Of a stretch of DNA of 40,000 nt, positions 9,088 through 20,838 are shown piece after piece. The notes under the pieces are model-generated. The model was not told the origin of the DNA and made no database searches. It saw only the letters and a list, made by a program, of their open reading frames with translations. Origin of the DNA: Photobacterium sagamiensis (lineage in GTDB: Bacteria; Pseudomonadota; Gammaproteobacteria; Enterobacterales; Vibrionaceae). Location of the stretch: positions 112,923 to 152,922 of the forward strand of contig NZ_JAKJSP010000021.1 of assembly GCF_050337085.1 (NCBI RefSeq). Direction: 5' to 3'. Each line of letters opens with the position of its first letter. Positions within the stretch are counted from its first letter, which is position 1. Made by a program: the position numbers and the translations under genes.

Positions 9088-10398
9088 ATGACACGTCTCC
9101 AGAATCTCACCACTCGCCAAGGTGAGCGCATCGCCGTTGTAAGTGGATTACGTACCCCGTTTGCTCGTCAAGCTACCGCCTTCAATGGTGTGCCGGCTCT
9201 GGATATGGGGAAAATGGTGGTCAATGAAATGCTCCAGGAGCTTGATTTTGACCCTAAATTAATTGAACAAGTGGTATTTGGCCAAGTGGTACAAATGCCA
9301 GAAGCCCCTAATATTGCACGTGAAATTGTTCTTGGTACTGGCATGAACATCGGGACGGATGCTTACAGTGTCTCCCGGGCCTGTGCGACCAGCTTTCAAG
9401 CGGCGGCCAATGTTGCGGAAAGCATTATCTCGGGTACCATCGATATTGGTATTGCCGGCGGGGCAGATTCTTCTTCTGTATTGCCTATCGGCGTTTCCAA
9501 GAAATTAGCGGCCACCTTGCTGGCGTTAAGCAAAGCGCGAACCATGGGGAAGCGTTTAAAACTACTTAGTAATTTGAAGGTAAAAGACTTAATGCCGGTG
9601 CCACCGGCGGTTGCCGAATACTCAACGGGGATTAGCATGGGGCAGACGGCCGAGCAGATGGCCAAAACCCATGGGATCAGCCGTCAAGAGCAAGATGCGC
9701 TGGCACACCGCTCCCATACCCTGGCAGCAACAGCCTGGAACGATGGCTTGATTCGCGATGAGGTGATGACCGCTTTCCCTGAACCGTATCGTCAGTGGAT
9801 TGATAGAGATAATAATATTCGTGAAGAATCAACGCTTGAATCCTATGCCAAACTCCGCCCGGCTTTTGACCGTAAATTCGGTTCAGTTACGGCCGCGAAC
9901 AGTACGGCATTGACCGATGGTGCTGCCGCTATTTTATTGATGCGTGAAGGCCGGGCCAAAGAGCTTGGATTAACACCGCTGGGATATATTCGGTCTTATG
10001 CGTTTTCTGCCATTGGCGTAGAAAAAGACATGTTGATGGGGCCGTCATACGCGACACCTATAGCCCTGGATCGTGCCGGGATCACGCTGGCAGATCTTAC
10101 CCTGATTGATATGCACGAAGCGTTTGCGGCTCAAACGCTGGCCAACGTGAAAATGTTTGGTTCGCAGAAATTTGCTGAAGAGAAATTAGGACGCAGTCAG
10201 GCTATCGGCGAGATTGATATGGATAAGTTCAATGTCCTTGGCGGTTCACTGGCTTACGGTCACCCGTTTGCCGCGACAGGGGCTAGGATGATCACCCAAA
10301 CCCTGCGTGAATTGCAGCGTCGGGGTGGCGGCTTAGCACTCAATACGGCCTGTGCCGCAGGTGGACTGGGCGCAGCAATGATCTTGGAGGCAGAATAA
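9088..10398 (+). CDS. fadI: 3-ketoacyl-CoA thiolase FadI
   Basis: Thiolase motifs (SRACATS active-site Cys; C-terminal NTACAAGG). A GGAG RBS sits upstream. fadJ follows directly, as in E. coli fadIJ. Confidence 0.92.
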   Translation: MTRLQNLTTRQGERIAVVSGLRTPFARQATAFNGVPALDMGKMVVNEMLQELDFDPKLIEQVVFGQVVQMPEAPNIAREIVLGTGMNIGTDAYSVSRACATSFQAAANVAESIISGTIDIGIAGGADSSSVLPIGVSKKLAATLLALSKARTMGKRLKLLSNLKVKDLMPVPPAVAEYSTGISMGQTAEQMAKTHGISRQEQDALAHRSHTLAATAWNDGLIRDEVMTAFPEPYRQWIDRDNNIREESTLESYAKLRPAFDRKFGSVTAANSTALTDGAAAILLMREGRAKELGLTPLGYIRSYAFSAIGVEKDMLMGPSYATPIALDRAGITLADLTLIDMHEAFAAQTLANVKMFGSQKFAEEKLGRSQAIGEIDMDKFNVLGGSLAYGHPFAATGARMITQTLRELQRRGGGLALNTACAAGGLGAAMILEAE

Positions 10399-12578
10399 TG
10401 ACACAGCATGAATCCTCAAACGAACAAGTTTCAGCATTATCGTTAGCTTCCGCATTTTCGATCTCTTACAGTGAAAATGGTGTTGCCTGGCTCAAGATTG
10501 ATGTGCCGGACGAGAAGATGAACACCTTACAGTCAGCGTTTGCAGATCAAGTCTCTGACGTGCTGGCTGAGCTGAAAACCAAAAAAGACATCAAAGGCAT
10601 GGTGGTGTATTCCGGCAAGCCGGATAACTTTATCGCCGGTGCCGATATTCGCATGCTTGATGCCTGCACGACGGCTGAAGAGGCCCAGCAACTCGCAACG
10701 AAAGGGCAGGAGCTGTTCGGACAGTTAGAATCACTGCCGTTCCATGTGGTTGCGGCAATTCATGGTCCGTGTCTGGGTGGGGGACTTGAACTGGCACTGG
10801 CCTGTCATAGCCGAGTCTGTAGTGATGATGACAAGACCCGATTAGGCCTGCCTGAAGTACAGCTGGGTTTACTGCCCGGTTCAGGGGGAACCCAACGTTT
10901 GCCTCGCTTGATTGGAGTGGCCAATGCGCTGGATATGATCCTGACCGGTAAGCAGCTTCGTGCAAAAAAAGCGAAGAAGCTTGGCGTGGCTGATGAAGTC
11001 GTACCGCATAGCATTTTGCTAGAGGTCGCCGAGAAGCAAGCTCTGACCGAGAAGCCAAAGCGTAAACATTCGTTTCAGGACTGGGCGATGGGGGGCAATC
11101 CGTTAGGCCGCTCTGTTGTTTTTGATCAGGCTGCGAAAAAGACCCATGAGAAAACCCGTGGCAATTATCCTGCTGCTGACGCTATTCTCGAAGTTATCAA
11201 ATATGGCTTACAGCATGGTGTAATAAAAGGGCTGCAACAAGAAGCCAAACGTTTTGGTGAGCTGGTAATGACGCCTGAATCGGCGGCATTACGTAGTCTT
11301 TTCTTTGCCACGACAGCGATGAAAAAAGAGACGGGTTCAGATGCTCAACCTGCAAAAATCAGCAAAGTTGGGGTGTTGGGCGGTGGCCTGATGGGCGGTG
11401 GGATCAGCCATGTCACTGCAACCAAGGCCGGTTATCCGGTACGAATTAAAGATATTGCCAACGATGGTATTCAGAATGCACTGGCCTATAATTTCAAGTT
11501 ACTGGATAAAAAGTGCAAACGTCGAATTATCAGCAAGTCAGAACTGCAAAGCCAGATGATGCAAATTACCGGTGGAACCAGTTTTAAAGGTTTTGCTAAT
11601 GTTGATGTTGTTGTTGAAGCGGTATTTGAAGATCTGAATCTGAAGCATCAAATGGTGCTAGATGTTGAGCAAAAGACTTCGCCAACAACGATCTTTGCGA
11701 CCAATACGTCGTCATTACCTATCCACCAGATTGCCGCGGCGGCAGAGCGTCCTGAAAATGTGGTCGGCTTACATTACTTCAGCCCGGTAGAAAAAATGCC
11801 GTTGGTAGAGGTGATCCCGCATCAGGGCACTGAAACGGGAGAGGCGACATCTGCAGAAACCATCGCAACCGTGGTGGCGCTGGCGAAAAAACAAGGCAAA
11901 ACACCGATTGTTGTCGCCGATAAAGCGGGCTTCTACGTTAACCGTATTCTTGCGCCTTATATGAATGAAGCGGCATCTGTTTTATTGAGTGGCGAGCCGA
12001 TTGAACATATTGATAGTGCGTTGCTTGACTTTGGCTTCCCGGTCGGTCCCATCACCTTGTTAGATGAAGTCGGGGTGGACATTGGCGCTAAGATCAGCCC
12101 GATCCTGCTTGCTGAACTTGGCGAGCGTTTTAAAGCACCGGATGTGTTTGACTTATTGCTCAATGATGGCCGGAAAGGGCGTAAGAGCGGTAAAGGTTTC
12201 TATCTTTACAATGCGAAGCAGAGCAATGCCAAGAAGAAAGAAGTCGATAAATCCGTTTATAAACTGCTTTCTCTGGAACCGCAGCAAAAGGCGGCTGGGA
12301 TAGACATTGCACTGCGCTGTACGCTGATGATGCTCAATGAAGCGGCACGTTGCCTTGATGAGGGCGTCATCCTATCACCTCGCGACGGTGACATCGGTGC
12401 CATCTTCGGGATTGGCTTCCCGCCTTTTCTCGGCGGCCCGTTCCGCTATATGGATAAACTCGGCGCTAAACGTGTCGTTGAGCTGCTTACGGAGCACGTT
12501 GACAAATATGGCGAGCGCTTTACGCCTTGTGAAAGGCTGGTAGCAATGGCCAACGAAGAACAGTCTTTTTATGGCTAA
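10398..12578 (+). CDS. fadJ: Fatty-acid oxidation complex alpha subunit FadJ (enoyl-CoA hydratase / 3-hydroxyacyl-CoA dehydrogenase)
   Basis: N-terminal crotonase-fold region and a central NAD-binding segment ([11 protein letters not shown]). Start overlaps the fadI stop (TAATG). Confidence 0.92.
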   Translation: MTQHESSNEQVSALSLASAFSISYSENGVAWLKIDVPDEKMNTLQSAFADQVSDVLAELKTKKDIKGMVVYSGKPDNFIAGADIRMLDACTTAEEAQQLATKGQELFGQLESLPFHVVAAIHGPCLGGGLELALACHSRVCSDDDKTRLGLPEVQLGLLPGSGGTQRLPRLIGVANALDMILTGKQLRAKKAKKLGVADEVVPHSILLEVAEKQALTEKPKRKHSFQDWAMGGNPLGRSVVFDQAAKKTHEKTRGNYPAADAILEVIKYGLQHGVIKGLQQEAKRFGELVMTPESAALRSLFFATTAMKKETGSDAQPAKISKVGVLGGGLMGGGISHVTATKAGYPVRIKDIANDGIQNALAYNFKLLDKKCKRRIISKSELQSQMMQITGGTSFKGFANVDVVVEAVFEDLNLKHQMVLDVEQKTSPTTIFATNTSSLPIHQIAAAAERPENVVGLHYFSPVEKMPLVEVIPHQGTETGEATSAETIATVVALAKKQGKTPIVVADKAGFYVNRILAPYMNEAASVLLSGEPIEHIDSALLDFGFPVGPITLLDEVGVDIGAKISPILLAELGERFKAPDVFDLLLNDGRKGRKSGKGFYLYNAKQSNAKKKEVDKSVYKLLSLEPQQKAAGIDIALRCTLMMLNEAARCLDEGVILSPRDGDIGAIFGIGFPPFLGGPFRYMDKLGAKRVVELLTEHVDKYGERFTPCERLVAMANEEQSFYG

Positions 12579-12602
12579 CGCTTTTTTTTAACGATCAAAT
12601 TC

Positions 12603-12630
12603 AAGGCCTGCAGATGCAGGCCTTTTTATT
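12603..12630 (+). terminator. Rho-independent terminator after fadJ
   Basis: Hairpin ggcctgc-agat-gcaggcc followed by TTTTTATTTT. Confidence 0.8.
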
Positions 12631-12673
12631 TTGAGACGAGGGAGGGTATGACTTTTGAGAATTGGATTTGGTA

Positions 12674-15439
12674 TTACCTGGCTTGTTGCTGAAACTCGGT
12701 TATCGACTCAATTGGCTGGCCGATATCTAATGGTTCAAGGTTAGCATGCGCTTGGCCCTGACAGTGCATAACCAGACGGTTGGATGTTCGGGGTTTAACG
12801 ATATCGACAATAAAACGCACCATATCAGCACGGTTCAGCGCGGTTAGCTCTTTAACCACTCTTGTTCGCTGGTTAAATTCATTATCTTTATTGCCAATGC
12901 TTACCCAATAGCGTTGAGCACGGGTGCGTAAATTGGTATCCGGCTCCGAAATTTGTGCAATCAGCCCCTGCTTGCTGGCTTGCCATTGCGCTTCATTGAG
13001 CTCCAATAACACCAAAGCAAAGGCATTGGCGAAATCATCAATGGCCTCAGACAAATGCTGCGGCCCGGCGACCGGCGACTGAATATATAAGATCAATCCA
13101 GGGTGGCGGTTTAACGGCAGGTTTGCCGTGCCGACCATATAGCCCAATTGTTGCTTGGTTCGCAATTCATGGAAAAAGGTCGTCGACATCAGGTGGTTGG
13201 CCAGGGTGTAAATGGCAATTTTTCGCGGGGTGGTTTCTCGCGACTGATAGTACATCAAAATCGCAGAATCAGCATGGTTGCAGCTGATTTCATGCGTTCT
13301 GGTGCCTGACTGTGCCAGCTGAACCAGCGGACGCTGCGATTCACCGTAAAGTTGATCGGTCACTCGGAATGCATTTTTCAGTATTTCAGCCAGTGCCAGA
13401 GCATCGTCTTTCAGCCAGTTGCCGTAGATAAAGGTATCAATATGGAGCTCGGCAAACATTGCCTCGACAAAGGCAGGGAGTTCATCGACTTCAATCGACT
13501 CCAGCGCTTCAATCAATACCGGGTAAGGCGGATTATTGGGTTGCAGTAGCCCGGTCAGCTCATTAAAAAGCTGAGAAATTGGTTTATCTTCTGCGGCATT
13601 ACGCCAGTTTCGCAGCATCTGAGCTTTAATATTATCAAATCGCTCCTGATTAAACCTGCGGCTGGCAAAGCGATCGAGAATTAATTTCAACAACAGGGGC
13701 TGTTTTTCACTGAAGCCTGATAGCTGCAGGGTGACACCGCCCTGATGGGCATACAGGTTATACGACATTCCTGCAATTTCTGCCGGATAAGCTTTTTCGT
13801 TGATAGCCTCAAGCAGCATTTCTACACATAAACGGGTTTTCACTATGTTACGTGGAGAGTTGACGGCATGAGGGCTGTCAATCGCGACATAGGCGACCCC
13901 TTTGGGTACCCTGAAATCATGCTCTTGCTTATACCATAAACGGAAACCAGGCAGATCCTGGATCAGCTGTGGTGGCAGTTCAGATCCAGGTGCCAGATCA
14001 TGGGGATCTAATTGATCGCAAATGTAGGGGTTTTCTTCTGGCAGCAATAACTCAGGATCCAGTTTGACCTGCTGCCATTGAGTTAACTGCTCTGCAGTAA
14101 ACGGCGCCACAGAATATGGGGTGTGGTACCACTGCGCGATCTTATCGTAATGTTGCCCTTGCGCGACGAGCACAAGGCGCATGTTATCGGGGCGTAAATA
14201 CCCCAATAGCTTACGCAGTAGCGGTTCATCGTAGCTCGTCATCATATAATCGCCGTAGATGACATCTTCCGGAGCATAGTGGAGCAGGTTCATCACCAGA
14301 TAGCTGACCGTATCAAGCGGTCGGCTTTTCTCCTGATAGCGGAAAGCCAGTTCTAACACCGATTGTTTTTCTTTATAGCGCCATTCTTCCAGGCCTTGCT
14401 GCTCGATCAGGGCGATATACTGGAAAACCGACGTCACAATGGCATCGACGTCATCCAGTCCTTTGGGGGTTAAATTGAGGCTGACAGTATATTCGCGGAA
14501 GTTACTGCCATTAACGCCTCCGCCTGCCGCTAGTGTATTGATAAGCCCCCGGCTTTTAAGCAATGACATCAAGCTGCCCGGCCCTTCATTGCCTAATAAA
14601 TGCGCCAGGTACGAGAGCGGTTTTTGCTGATAAAACTCATCAACGGAAGGCATCGAAAACGACAGCGTCAGTTTGCGCACTTCTTTAATGGGTTCAATCT
14701 GAATAAATTGAGCGCTTTCTTTTTCGGTCACCAGAGGGGCCGCGATGTCAGGTTTAGGCTCGCCTGTATTGGGAATGTGACTGAAGATGGTCTGGGCATA
14801 GTTTTCTAATTGGTCGAGCGATTGTGGTCCTAGCAGTACCAGGCCCATTGAATTGGCCGAGTAGTGGGTATGGTAAAAGTCCAGCAACTCTTCCCTGACA
14901 GAAACATTGTTTCTGTCATCTAATGTGGTTAAGTCCCCCACCGAAAACTTGGTAAAGGGGTGGGCTGGATTAATGGTCTCTTTGTGCACCTGGTAAAGAC
15001 GGCGAACATCATCTTTTAACTTTAGTTTGTATTCTGAATCAACGGCTTGTCGTTCTTTATCGACAGCTTCCTCATTAAATAACGGTGCGGTAAAAAACTG
15101 GCCGAAACGGTCTAACCCTTCCTCAAAAGTATGCGGACTCACTTCAAAGAAGAAGGTGGTGTTTTCTGTGCCCGTCCAGGCATTATTACTTCCGCCGCTG
15201 TGGTTAATGAAAGTCTGGAATTCACCGATCTTCGGATGTTTTTTTGTGCCAAGAAACAGCATATGCTCAAGAAAATGGGCCATACCTTGCCTGTCAGCAG
15301 GGTCATCAAAATGTCCGACTTTGACAGAAAGTGCTGCAGCAGAACGAGGCGCATCGATGTCATGCACCAGAAGTACCTTGAGCTCATTATCTAAGGTCAA
15401 ATAGCGGTACTGCTTGTGATCGTTTGGACTAATGTGCAC
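12674..15439 (-). CDS. M16A (pitrilysin/insulinase-family) zinc metalloprotease
   Basis: Inverted zinc motif HFLEH plus a downstream Glu region. 921 aa with an overall architecture like protease III. The N-terminus has no obvious signal peptide. Confidence 0.85.
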   Translation of the reverse strand: MHISPNDHKQYRYLTLDNELKVLLVHDIDAPRSAAALSVKVGHFDDPADRQGMAHFLEHMLFLGTKKHPKIGEFQTFINHSGGSNNAWTGTENTTFFFEVSPHTFEEGLDRFGQFFTAPLFNEEAVDKERQAVDSEYKLKLKDDVRRLYQVHKETINPAHPFTKFSVGDLTTLDDRNNVSVREELLDFYHTHYSANSMGLVLLGPQSLDQLENYAQTIFSHIPNTGEPKPDIAAPLVTEKESAQFIQIEPIKEVRKLTLSFSMPSVDEFYQQKPLSYLAHLLGNEGPGSLMSLLKSRGLINTLAAGGGVNGSNFREYTVSLNLTPKGLDDVDAIVTSVFQYIALIEQQGLEEWRYKEKQSVLELAFRYQEKSRPLDTVSYLVMNLLHYAPEDVIYGDYMMTSYDEPLLRKLLGYLRPDNMRLVLVAQGQHYDKIAQWYHTPYSVAPFTAEQLTQWQQVKLDPELLLPEENPYICDQLDPHDLAPGSELPPQLIQDLPGFRLWYKQEHDFRVPKGVAYVAIDSPHAVNSPRNIVKTRLCVEMLLEAINEKAYPAEIAGMSYNLYAHQGGVTLQLSGFSEKQPLLLKLILDRFASRRFNQERFDNIKAQMLRNWRNAAEDKPISQLFNELTGLLQPNNPPYPVLIEALESIEVDELPAFVEAMFAELHIDTFIYGNWLKDDALALAEILKNAFRVTDQLYGESQRPLVQLAQSGTRTHEISCNHADSAILMYYQSRETTPRKIAIYTLANHLMSTTFFHELRTKQQLGYMVGTANLPLNRHPGLILYIQSPVAGPQHLSEAIDDFANAFALVLLELNEAQWQASKQGLIAQISEPDTNLRTRAQRYWVSIGNKDNEFNQRTRVVKELTALNRADMVRFIVDIVKPRTSNRLVMHCQGQAHANLEPLDIGQPIESITEFQQQAR

Positions 15440-15783
15440 AGGAAGGGCCTACTTTCAAAGGGAATTAGGCTAAGTATGACGCTCAGAGTGCAGGCTGGCA
15501 AATCCTGAAATTATATATACCCCAATCACCTCAATATGCAAAATTCTGCATATTACACTGGGTTGGGTATAAAATAACCACATTTTCACCGCGTTTAACG
15601 TGAATGGGGGAGGGAGGCTTCAGGCACGATGATCATTTATGTTGAAATTGAGATCTCAACGGCATGCATTCCTTTTTATTAATACGAGGTCACGGAATAG
15701 GAAGAGAAATCGCAGAATGAGTATTCAGCAATAAAAGGAGTTGTTAGCATACCGACAGAAAGATTGATTTTTGGATAAGAGAT

Positions 15784-16257
15784 ATGCGAATTTTTATCAT
15801 GCGTCATGGTGAAGCTCAGAATTTTGCTCCCAGCGATGCTGAACGTCCGTTGACGACCCGTGGCGAACTGGAATCGAAGCAGATGGCTAATCAGCTGGCA
15901 CCCCATCTGGGAGAGAAGCTGGATATAGTATGGGTCAGCCCGTATTTACGTGCTCAGCAAACCTGGCAAGCGATGGCCGATCAGTTACCTGCGGCGAAGG
16001 CGGTACTGAATATTGATGAAATCACGCCATATGGTGCAGCAGAAGAGGTCGCCGCTTACCTTAAAGCAACGATTGCTGTTGAACGGCCTGAAACCGTATT
16101 GCTGGTTTCACATTTACCTCTGGTTGGATACCTGACGGCAGAAGTTGTGTCTGGCATGCAACCGCCAATGTTCCAGACATCGGCGATGGCAGCGATTGAG
16201 TATAACCCCGATACCGAGGCCTCAGAATTTCTATGGCAAGACATCCCTGCGGGATAA
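15784..16257 (+). CDS. sixA: Phosphohistidine phosphatase SixA
   Basis: N-terminal RHG motif (MRIFIMRHGEA), ~157 aa, and it neighbours fadJ as in E. coli. Confidence 0.88.
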   Translation: MRIFIMRHGEAQNFAPSDAERPLTTRGELESKQMANQLAPHLGEKLDIVWVSPYLRAQQTWQAMADQLPAAKAVLNIDEITPYGAAEEVAAYLKATIAVERPETVLLVSHLPLVGYLTAEVVSGMQPPMFQTSAMAAIEYNPDTEASEFLWQDIPAG

Positions 16258-16261
16258 GCGT

Positions 16262-16527
16262 TATACCCAAACCACCTTAAGGTGCAGAGTTCAGCGAGAA
16301 TTCATTAGCTTTTAGTCAAGGCAGCCATTTGAGTGAATAGTGGTTCTATTTAGATAATGGTTAACATAGAATAAAAGCTAATGAAACTCGCCCTTTGGGA
16401 GCTCCTCTGGAAAATCACTTCTTCACAAAATGTGTTTGAAAGGGATCGCCATTCCTACACATATTTCGTTTGAATTGAATTCCCAGAGGAAGCTCTGAAT
16501 CTCGCATCTTGAGGTGGTTTGGGTATA
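16262..16527. repeat. Intergenic element bounded by terminal inverted repeats (MITE-like)
   Basis: 16-bp perfect inverted repeat tatacccaaaccacct (16262-16277) / aggtggtttgggtata (16512-16527), extendable to ~24 bp with 2 mismatches. A nested inverted repeat cattagctttt/aaaagctaatg lies inside. Confidence 0.6.
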
Positions 16528-16666
16528 GAAATAACGGCCGATTAAGCCAATACCTCTATTCATTTCATTAATGGGTACTCTTATGCGGATTATCCAACCT
16601 GACATGGTTTATTCACTTGTCGAGTTTGTTATGATTCACGCATCAAAGACAGAAGAAAGCGTTGCA

Positions 16667-17026
16667 ATGAAAGGTAAATTATTCGTTATTGTCTGCTCAG
16701 CCTTATTAGCAGGTTGTGTGATGGGACCAAAGACAGTCAGCATCAATGCTAATGGTGCTATTAAGTGGGCAAACGGTGTCAGTGAAGAAATGCACATTTC
16801 GACATCGGGCAGTACATTAACTTTTTCCGCGCCTTCCAGCATCTTAAGCCCTGGTGGGATCACTATTTTCTCGCGTATCGACAGTGCCCGCAATGGCTCT
16901 TGTGAGCATTATTACAGCGAGGCTGCGTTGAAGACCCGCATGCAGATTTGTGACAGCGGAGAAGTTACCCTGATTCAGGATGGACGGGTCCTTAACGTTG
17001 GTGCACTTGCGAAATATGTTTATTAG
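16667..17026 (+). CDS. Hypothetical small lipoprotein
   Basis: The ATG at 16667 gives MKGKLFVIVCSALLAGC (lipobox). The longer ORF from 16571 has no signal-like N-terminus. Confidence 0.55.
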   Translation: MKGKLFVIVCSALLAGCVMGPKTVSINANGAIKWANGVSEEMHISTSGSTLTFSAPSSILSPGGITIFSRIDSARNGSCEHYYSEAALKTRMQICDSGEVTLIQDGRVLNVGALAKYVY

Positions 17027-17039
17027 TGACGGAAAGCGA

Positions 17040-17065
17040 GTTTCGAGGGCGTTTGGCCTCGAAAC
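17040..17065. terminator. Hairpin between the convergent lipoprotein gene and smrB
   Basis: 9-bp perfect stem gtttcgagg/cctcgaaac with an 8-nt loop. The flanking T tracts are weak. Confidence 0.35.
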
Positions 17066-17087
17066 CAGTAACTCGCTTCTCGAACCT

Positions 17088-17618
17088 CTATCTCTCCGGT
17101 ATATCAATTAATACCAGCAAAGCACCGTTACCACCAAATTCCAGTGGCGCCTGGTGAAAGGCCATCACATCAGGGTGTTGTGCCAGCCAAAGGGGCGCTT
17201 TCTGTTTCAGAATGTGCTTGCCAATGCCATGCATGACGCAGGCACAAGAAATATTTTCCTTAATACAGGCCGCAATTAAAGCCGCGAGTTCGCGCTTGGC
17301 TTCTTGCTGGGTCATTCCGTGCATATCCAGGAACATATCTGGTACATACACCCCCCGACGCAGTTTTTTTACTTCGTACTTAGAGACACCAGTACGGGCA
17401 TACTGGGTCGGCCCGTGCTCATTAAGGTGCGGTTCAAACTCATCAGAAAAATAAAACTCATGGTTTTGCGTTTCTTTGGCCGAGACTTTCGCTTTATCGA
17501 CTGTTGTGCTCTGTCGACGTGGCGTGATTATGGTATCATGCGTGAACTTTTTTACGCCTTTTACCGCATCTTGGAAGAGTTCAAAATCATCTTCTAAGTC
17601 TGGATTTTTGTTACTCAT
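17088..17618 (-). CDS. smrB: Smr-domain endonuclease SmrB (YfcN)
   Basis: C-terminal Smr domain (LDMHGMTQQEAKREL ... VMHGIGK). Divergent from prmB, as in E. coli. Confidence 0.85.
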   Translation of the reverse strand: MSNKNPDLEDDFELFQDAVKGVKKFTHDTIITPRRQSTTVDKAKVSAKETQNHEFYFSDEFEPHLNEHGPTQYARTGVSKYEVKKLRRGVYVPDMFLDMHGMTQQEAKRELAALIAACIKENISCACVMHGIGKHILKQKAPLWLAQHPDVMAFHQAPLEFGGNGALLVLIDIPER

Positions 17619-17671
17619 AATGAAATTCCAACAACTATATGGCGGTATTGTAGCGTTATTCGGAGGCTATT

Positions 17672-18604
17672 TTGGATAAGATTTTTGTCGACGAAGCCGT
17701 CAACGAACTTCATACTTTGCAGGACATGCTACGTTGGACGGTCAGCCGTTTCAATGCTGCAGGTCTTTTTTATGGTCATGGCACTGATAATGCGTGGGAC
17801 GAAGCAGTACAACTGGTGTTGCCAACCTTGTATTTGCCGATAGATATTCCATCGGAAGTCCGTTTCTCGCGTCTCACTAGCAGCGAGCGCTTACGTGTGG
17901 TGGAGCGTGTGATCCGTCGCATTAACGATCATACACCTGTTGCCTATATGACCAACAAAGCTTGGTTCTGTGGCCTGGAATTTTTCGTCGACGAGCGTGT
18001 TTTGGTTCCTCGTTCCCCGATTGGCGAACTGATTGAAAATCACTTCGAACCATTTTTGAAGCAAGAACCAACGCGTATTATGGATTTGTGCACTGGCAGT
18101 GGTTGTATCGGTATTGCCTGTGCGCATGTTTTCCCTGATGCGGAAGTGGATCTGGTTGATATTTCGACGGATGCTCTGGCTGTTGCTGAGCAGAATATCC
18201 ATGACCACGGTCTGGAACAGCAGGTAACCCCGCTGCGCTCGGATTTATTGCGTGACGTACCAAAAGATAAATACGATCTGATCGTAACCAATCCACCATA
18301 CGTGGATCAGCAAGATATGGAAAGTTTGCCTGAAGAGTTCCGCCACGAGCCTGAACTGGGTCTGGCTGCGGGTACCGATGGCCTGAAACTGATGCGTCGT
18401 ATTGTTGCTAATGCACCAGACTATCTGAAAGACGATGGTGTGCTTATCTGTGAAGTGGGTAACTCCATGGTTCACATGGAAGAGCAATATCCGCATATTC
18501 CGTTTACCTGGATTGAATTTGAAAATGGCGGCCACGGGGTATTTATGATGACCCGTGAACAACTGCTTGAATGTCAGGAAGAGTTCTCTATTTATCGCGA
18601 TTAA
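17672..18604 (+). CDS. prmB: Ribosomal protein L3 glutamine N5-methyltransferase PrmB
   Basis: TTG start 6 nt after a GGAGG RBS. SAM-binding motif [10 protein letters not shown] and the catalytic NPPY motif (TNPPYV). Confidence 0.9.
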   Translation: MDKIFVDEAVNELHTLQDMLRWTVSRFNAAGLFYGHGTDNAWDEAVQLVLPTLYLPIDIPSEVRFSRLTSSERLRVVERVIRRINDHTPVAYMTNKAWFCGLEFFVDERVLVPRSPIGELIENHFEPFLKQEPTRIMDLCTGSGCIGIACAHVFPDAEVDLVDISTDALAVAEQNIHDHGLEQQVTPLRSDLLRDVPKDKYDLIVTNPPYVDQQDMESLPEEFRHEPELGLAAGTDGLKLMRRIVANAPDYLKDDGVLICEVGNSMVHMEEQYPHIPFTWIEFENGGHGVFMMTREQLLECQEEFSIYRD

Positions 18605-18623
18605 TTGATAAATGACGGATAAT

Positions 18624-18655
18624 AAAAAACCGGAGTGATCACTCCGGTTTTTTTA
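18624..18655. terminator. Bidirectional terminator between convergent prmB and queC
   Basis: Perfect palindromic stem accggagtgatcactccggt flanked by an A-run and a T-run. Confidence 0.85.
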
Positions 18656-18677
18656 TCTTTCAAATATGACGCTTATA

Positions 18678-19376
18678 TCAGGCGTCGCCTTTTTCCTGTT
18701 TGGCTTTAAGTTCAGCCATAACCGTTTCTTTATGGTTCAGGTAATCTTCCAGGCCGGCACGGCGCAGATCGCAAGAAGGACAGTCACCGCAACCATCGCC
18801 AATCACACCGTTGTAACAGGTCAGGGTTTTCTCACGAACAAAGTCGAGCTTGCCATATTGATCTGCCAGCGCCCAGGTTTCTGCTTTATTAAGCCACATC
18901 AACGGGGTATCGATGTTTAATTGACGATCCATTCCCAATACCAGCGACTGGTTCAATGATTTTACAAACTCGTCACGGCAATCCGGATAACCGGAGAAAT
19001 CGGTTTCACAGACCCCGGTGATCACTGCTTCAGCGCCGATCTGATAAGCATAGATCCCAGCCAGGGTAAGAAACAGAATATTTCGGCCAGGAACAAATGA
19101 ATTCGGTAAGCCATTGGCTTGCAGTTCGTGTGATACTTCAATGTTGTCGCGGGTCAGCGAACTGATTGCCAGCTCATTTAGCAGGCCGACATCCATTACT
19201 TTATGGGCGGTAATACCCAGCTCTTTGGTGATTGACTGCGCGACTTCAATTTCCAGCTTATGGCGTTGGCCATAGTCAAAAGTAATGCAGTGTACTTCAT
19301 CGTAGTTGGCGATTGCTTGAATAAGGCAGGTGGTGGAATCCTGACCGCCACTGAATACTACTACGGCTTTACGCAT
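18678..19376 (-). CDS. queC: 7-cyano-7-deazaguanine synthase QueC
   Basis: PP-loop motif [13 protein letters not shown] and a C-terminal zinc-binding cysteine cluster (CYNG...CGDCPSC). Confidence 0.92.
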   Translation of the reverse strand: MRKAVVVFSGGQDSTTCLIQAIANYDEVHCITFDYGQRHKLEIEVAQSITKELGITAHKVMDVGLLNELAISSLTRDNIEVSHELQANGLPNSFVPGRNILFLTLAGIYAYQIGAEAVITGVCETDFSGYPDCRDEFVKSLNQSLVLGMDRQLNIDTPLMWLNKAETWALADQYGKLDFVREKTLTCYNGVIGDGCGDCPSCDLRRAGLEDYLNHKETVMAELKAKQEKGDA

Positions 19377-19532
19377 GGGGAGTGTGTCCTGTGTTATGTA
19401 GCCTTACCGAAAAACAGTCGGTACCGACTCTCTAATTTATATAAATGCCAAACAGAGCGTGATCTGCTGGCGGTTGCCATGCTACCGCAGAGCGGCATGA
19501 GAGAAAAGACTTCGGCAGAATGGAATCGCTAA

Positions 19533-19560
19533 ATAAAAGAAGCCGCAGTCAGGCTGCGGC
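19533..19560 (-). terminator. Rho-independent terminator after the PLP-enzyme gene
   Basis: Hairpin gccgcag-tcagg-ctgcggc. The minus strand follows it with CTTCTTTTATTT. Confidence 0.7.
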
Positions 19561-19599
19561 AAATGGGATGGAAGGATCATTACGGAGATGGTAATGACC

Positions 19600-20685
19600 T
19601 CAAAGTACTCCAGTCTGTTCAAATGCTTCCAGTTGACGGAGATGGGCTGAGATATCGCCAATATTTTCGGCAATCCAGTCAGTATTAAAATAGGTATCCA
19701 GATAGCGCTCACCGCTGTCGCACAATAGCGTCACAATCGATCCTTTCTCGCCACGGGCTTTCATTTCACTTGCCAGCTGCAGTACGCCAAATAAATTGGT
19801 TCCCGTCGATGCACCGGCTTTTCGCCCCAGCAGTTTTTCTAACCAGTGAACTGTTGCAATACTCGCGGCATCTGGAATCGTACGCATTTCATCAACCACA
19901 TCAGGAATAAAGCTTGGCTCGACACGCGGGCGGCCAATACCTTCAATACGGCTACCTGTATTGCTCGTCAGGTTCAGATCGCGGGTTTTATAGTATTCGT
20001 GGAATATGGAGTTCTCGGGATCGACGACACACAGTTTGGTGTCATGCATCTGGTAACGGATATAACGGCCAATCGTTGCCGATGTGCCGCCTGTTCCCGC
20101 GCTCATTACAATCCAGCTGGGGATAGGGTGCTCTTCCAGCTGCATCTGTTCAAAAATGCTGTTGGCGATATTGTTATTACCGCGCCAGTCGGTTGCACGC
20201 TCGGCAAAAGTAAATTGATCCATATAGTGACCGTTTAATGCTTGTGCCTGGCGGCGGGATTCCGCATAGATCTCGCCTGGACTATCGACAAAATGGGCGC
20301 GTCCCCCGTAGAACTCGATCTGCTCAATTTTTTTACTGGCGGTTTTACGCGGAACGACCGCGATAAATGGCAGCCCCAGCAGCCGGGCAAAATACGCTTC
20401 TGACACTGCCGTGCTGCCTGAAGATGATTCGATAATCGTGGTGTCCTTTCCAATCCAGCCATTACATAACGCATACAGAAAGAGAGAGCGAGCCAGGCGG
20501 TGTTTCAGACTGCCGGTCGGATGGGTACTTTCATCTTTAAGGTAAATATCAATGCCAGCCAAACAAGGAATATCCAGCTTAATCAGGTGGGTATCGGCAG
20601 AGCGCTGATAGTCGGCTTCAATTTTGCGGATCGCACTGTTAATCCATTGCGGATCTCGACTCGTCAAGAGTGGGGCACGGTTCAT
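19600..20685 (-). CDS. PLP-dependent cysteine synthase/CBS-family enzyme
   Basis: PLP-lysine motif ([13 protein letters not shown]) and the glycine-rich phosphate loop ([12 protein letters not shown]) of fold-type II PLP enzymes. Confidence 0.75.
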   Translation of the reverse strand: MNRAPLLTSRDPQWINSAIRKIEADYQRSADTHLIKLDIPCLAGIDIYLKDESTHPTGSLKHRLARSLFLYALCNGWIGKDTTIIESSSGSTAVSEAYFARLLGLPFIAVVPRKTASKKIEQIEFYGGRAHFVDSPGEIYAESRRQAQALNGHYMDQFTFAERATDWRGNNNIANSIFEQMQLEEHPIPSWIVMSAGTGGTSATIGRYIRYQMHDTKLCVVDPENSIFHEYYKTRDLNLTSNTGSRIEGIGRPRVEPSFIPDVVDEMRTIPDAASIATVHWLEKLLGRKAGASTGTNLFGVLQLASEMKARGEKGSIVTLLCDSGERYLDTYFNTDWIAENIGDISAHLRQLEAFEQTGVL

Positions 20686-20838
20686 ATTGCTTCCTGTTAC
20701 TTTTAGGGTTAACCGCTATCTGGCTAACTATTTGATAATAGTATTACTGCAAATAAAGGAAAAAACTTTGCTTTGTTTGCTGCGGCAAGCTTAGTATGGA
20801 GAATATTTTTCTCCATACTTTTGATTTAAGGGAATCGT

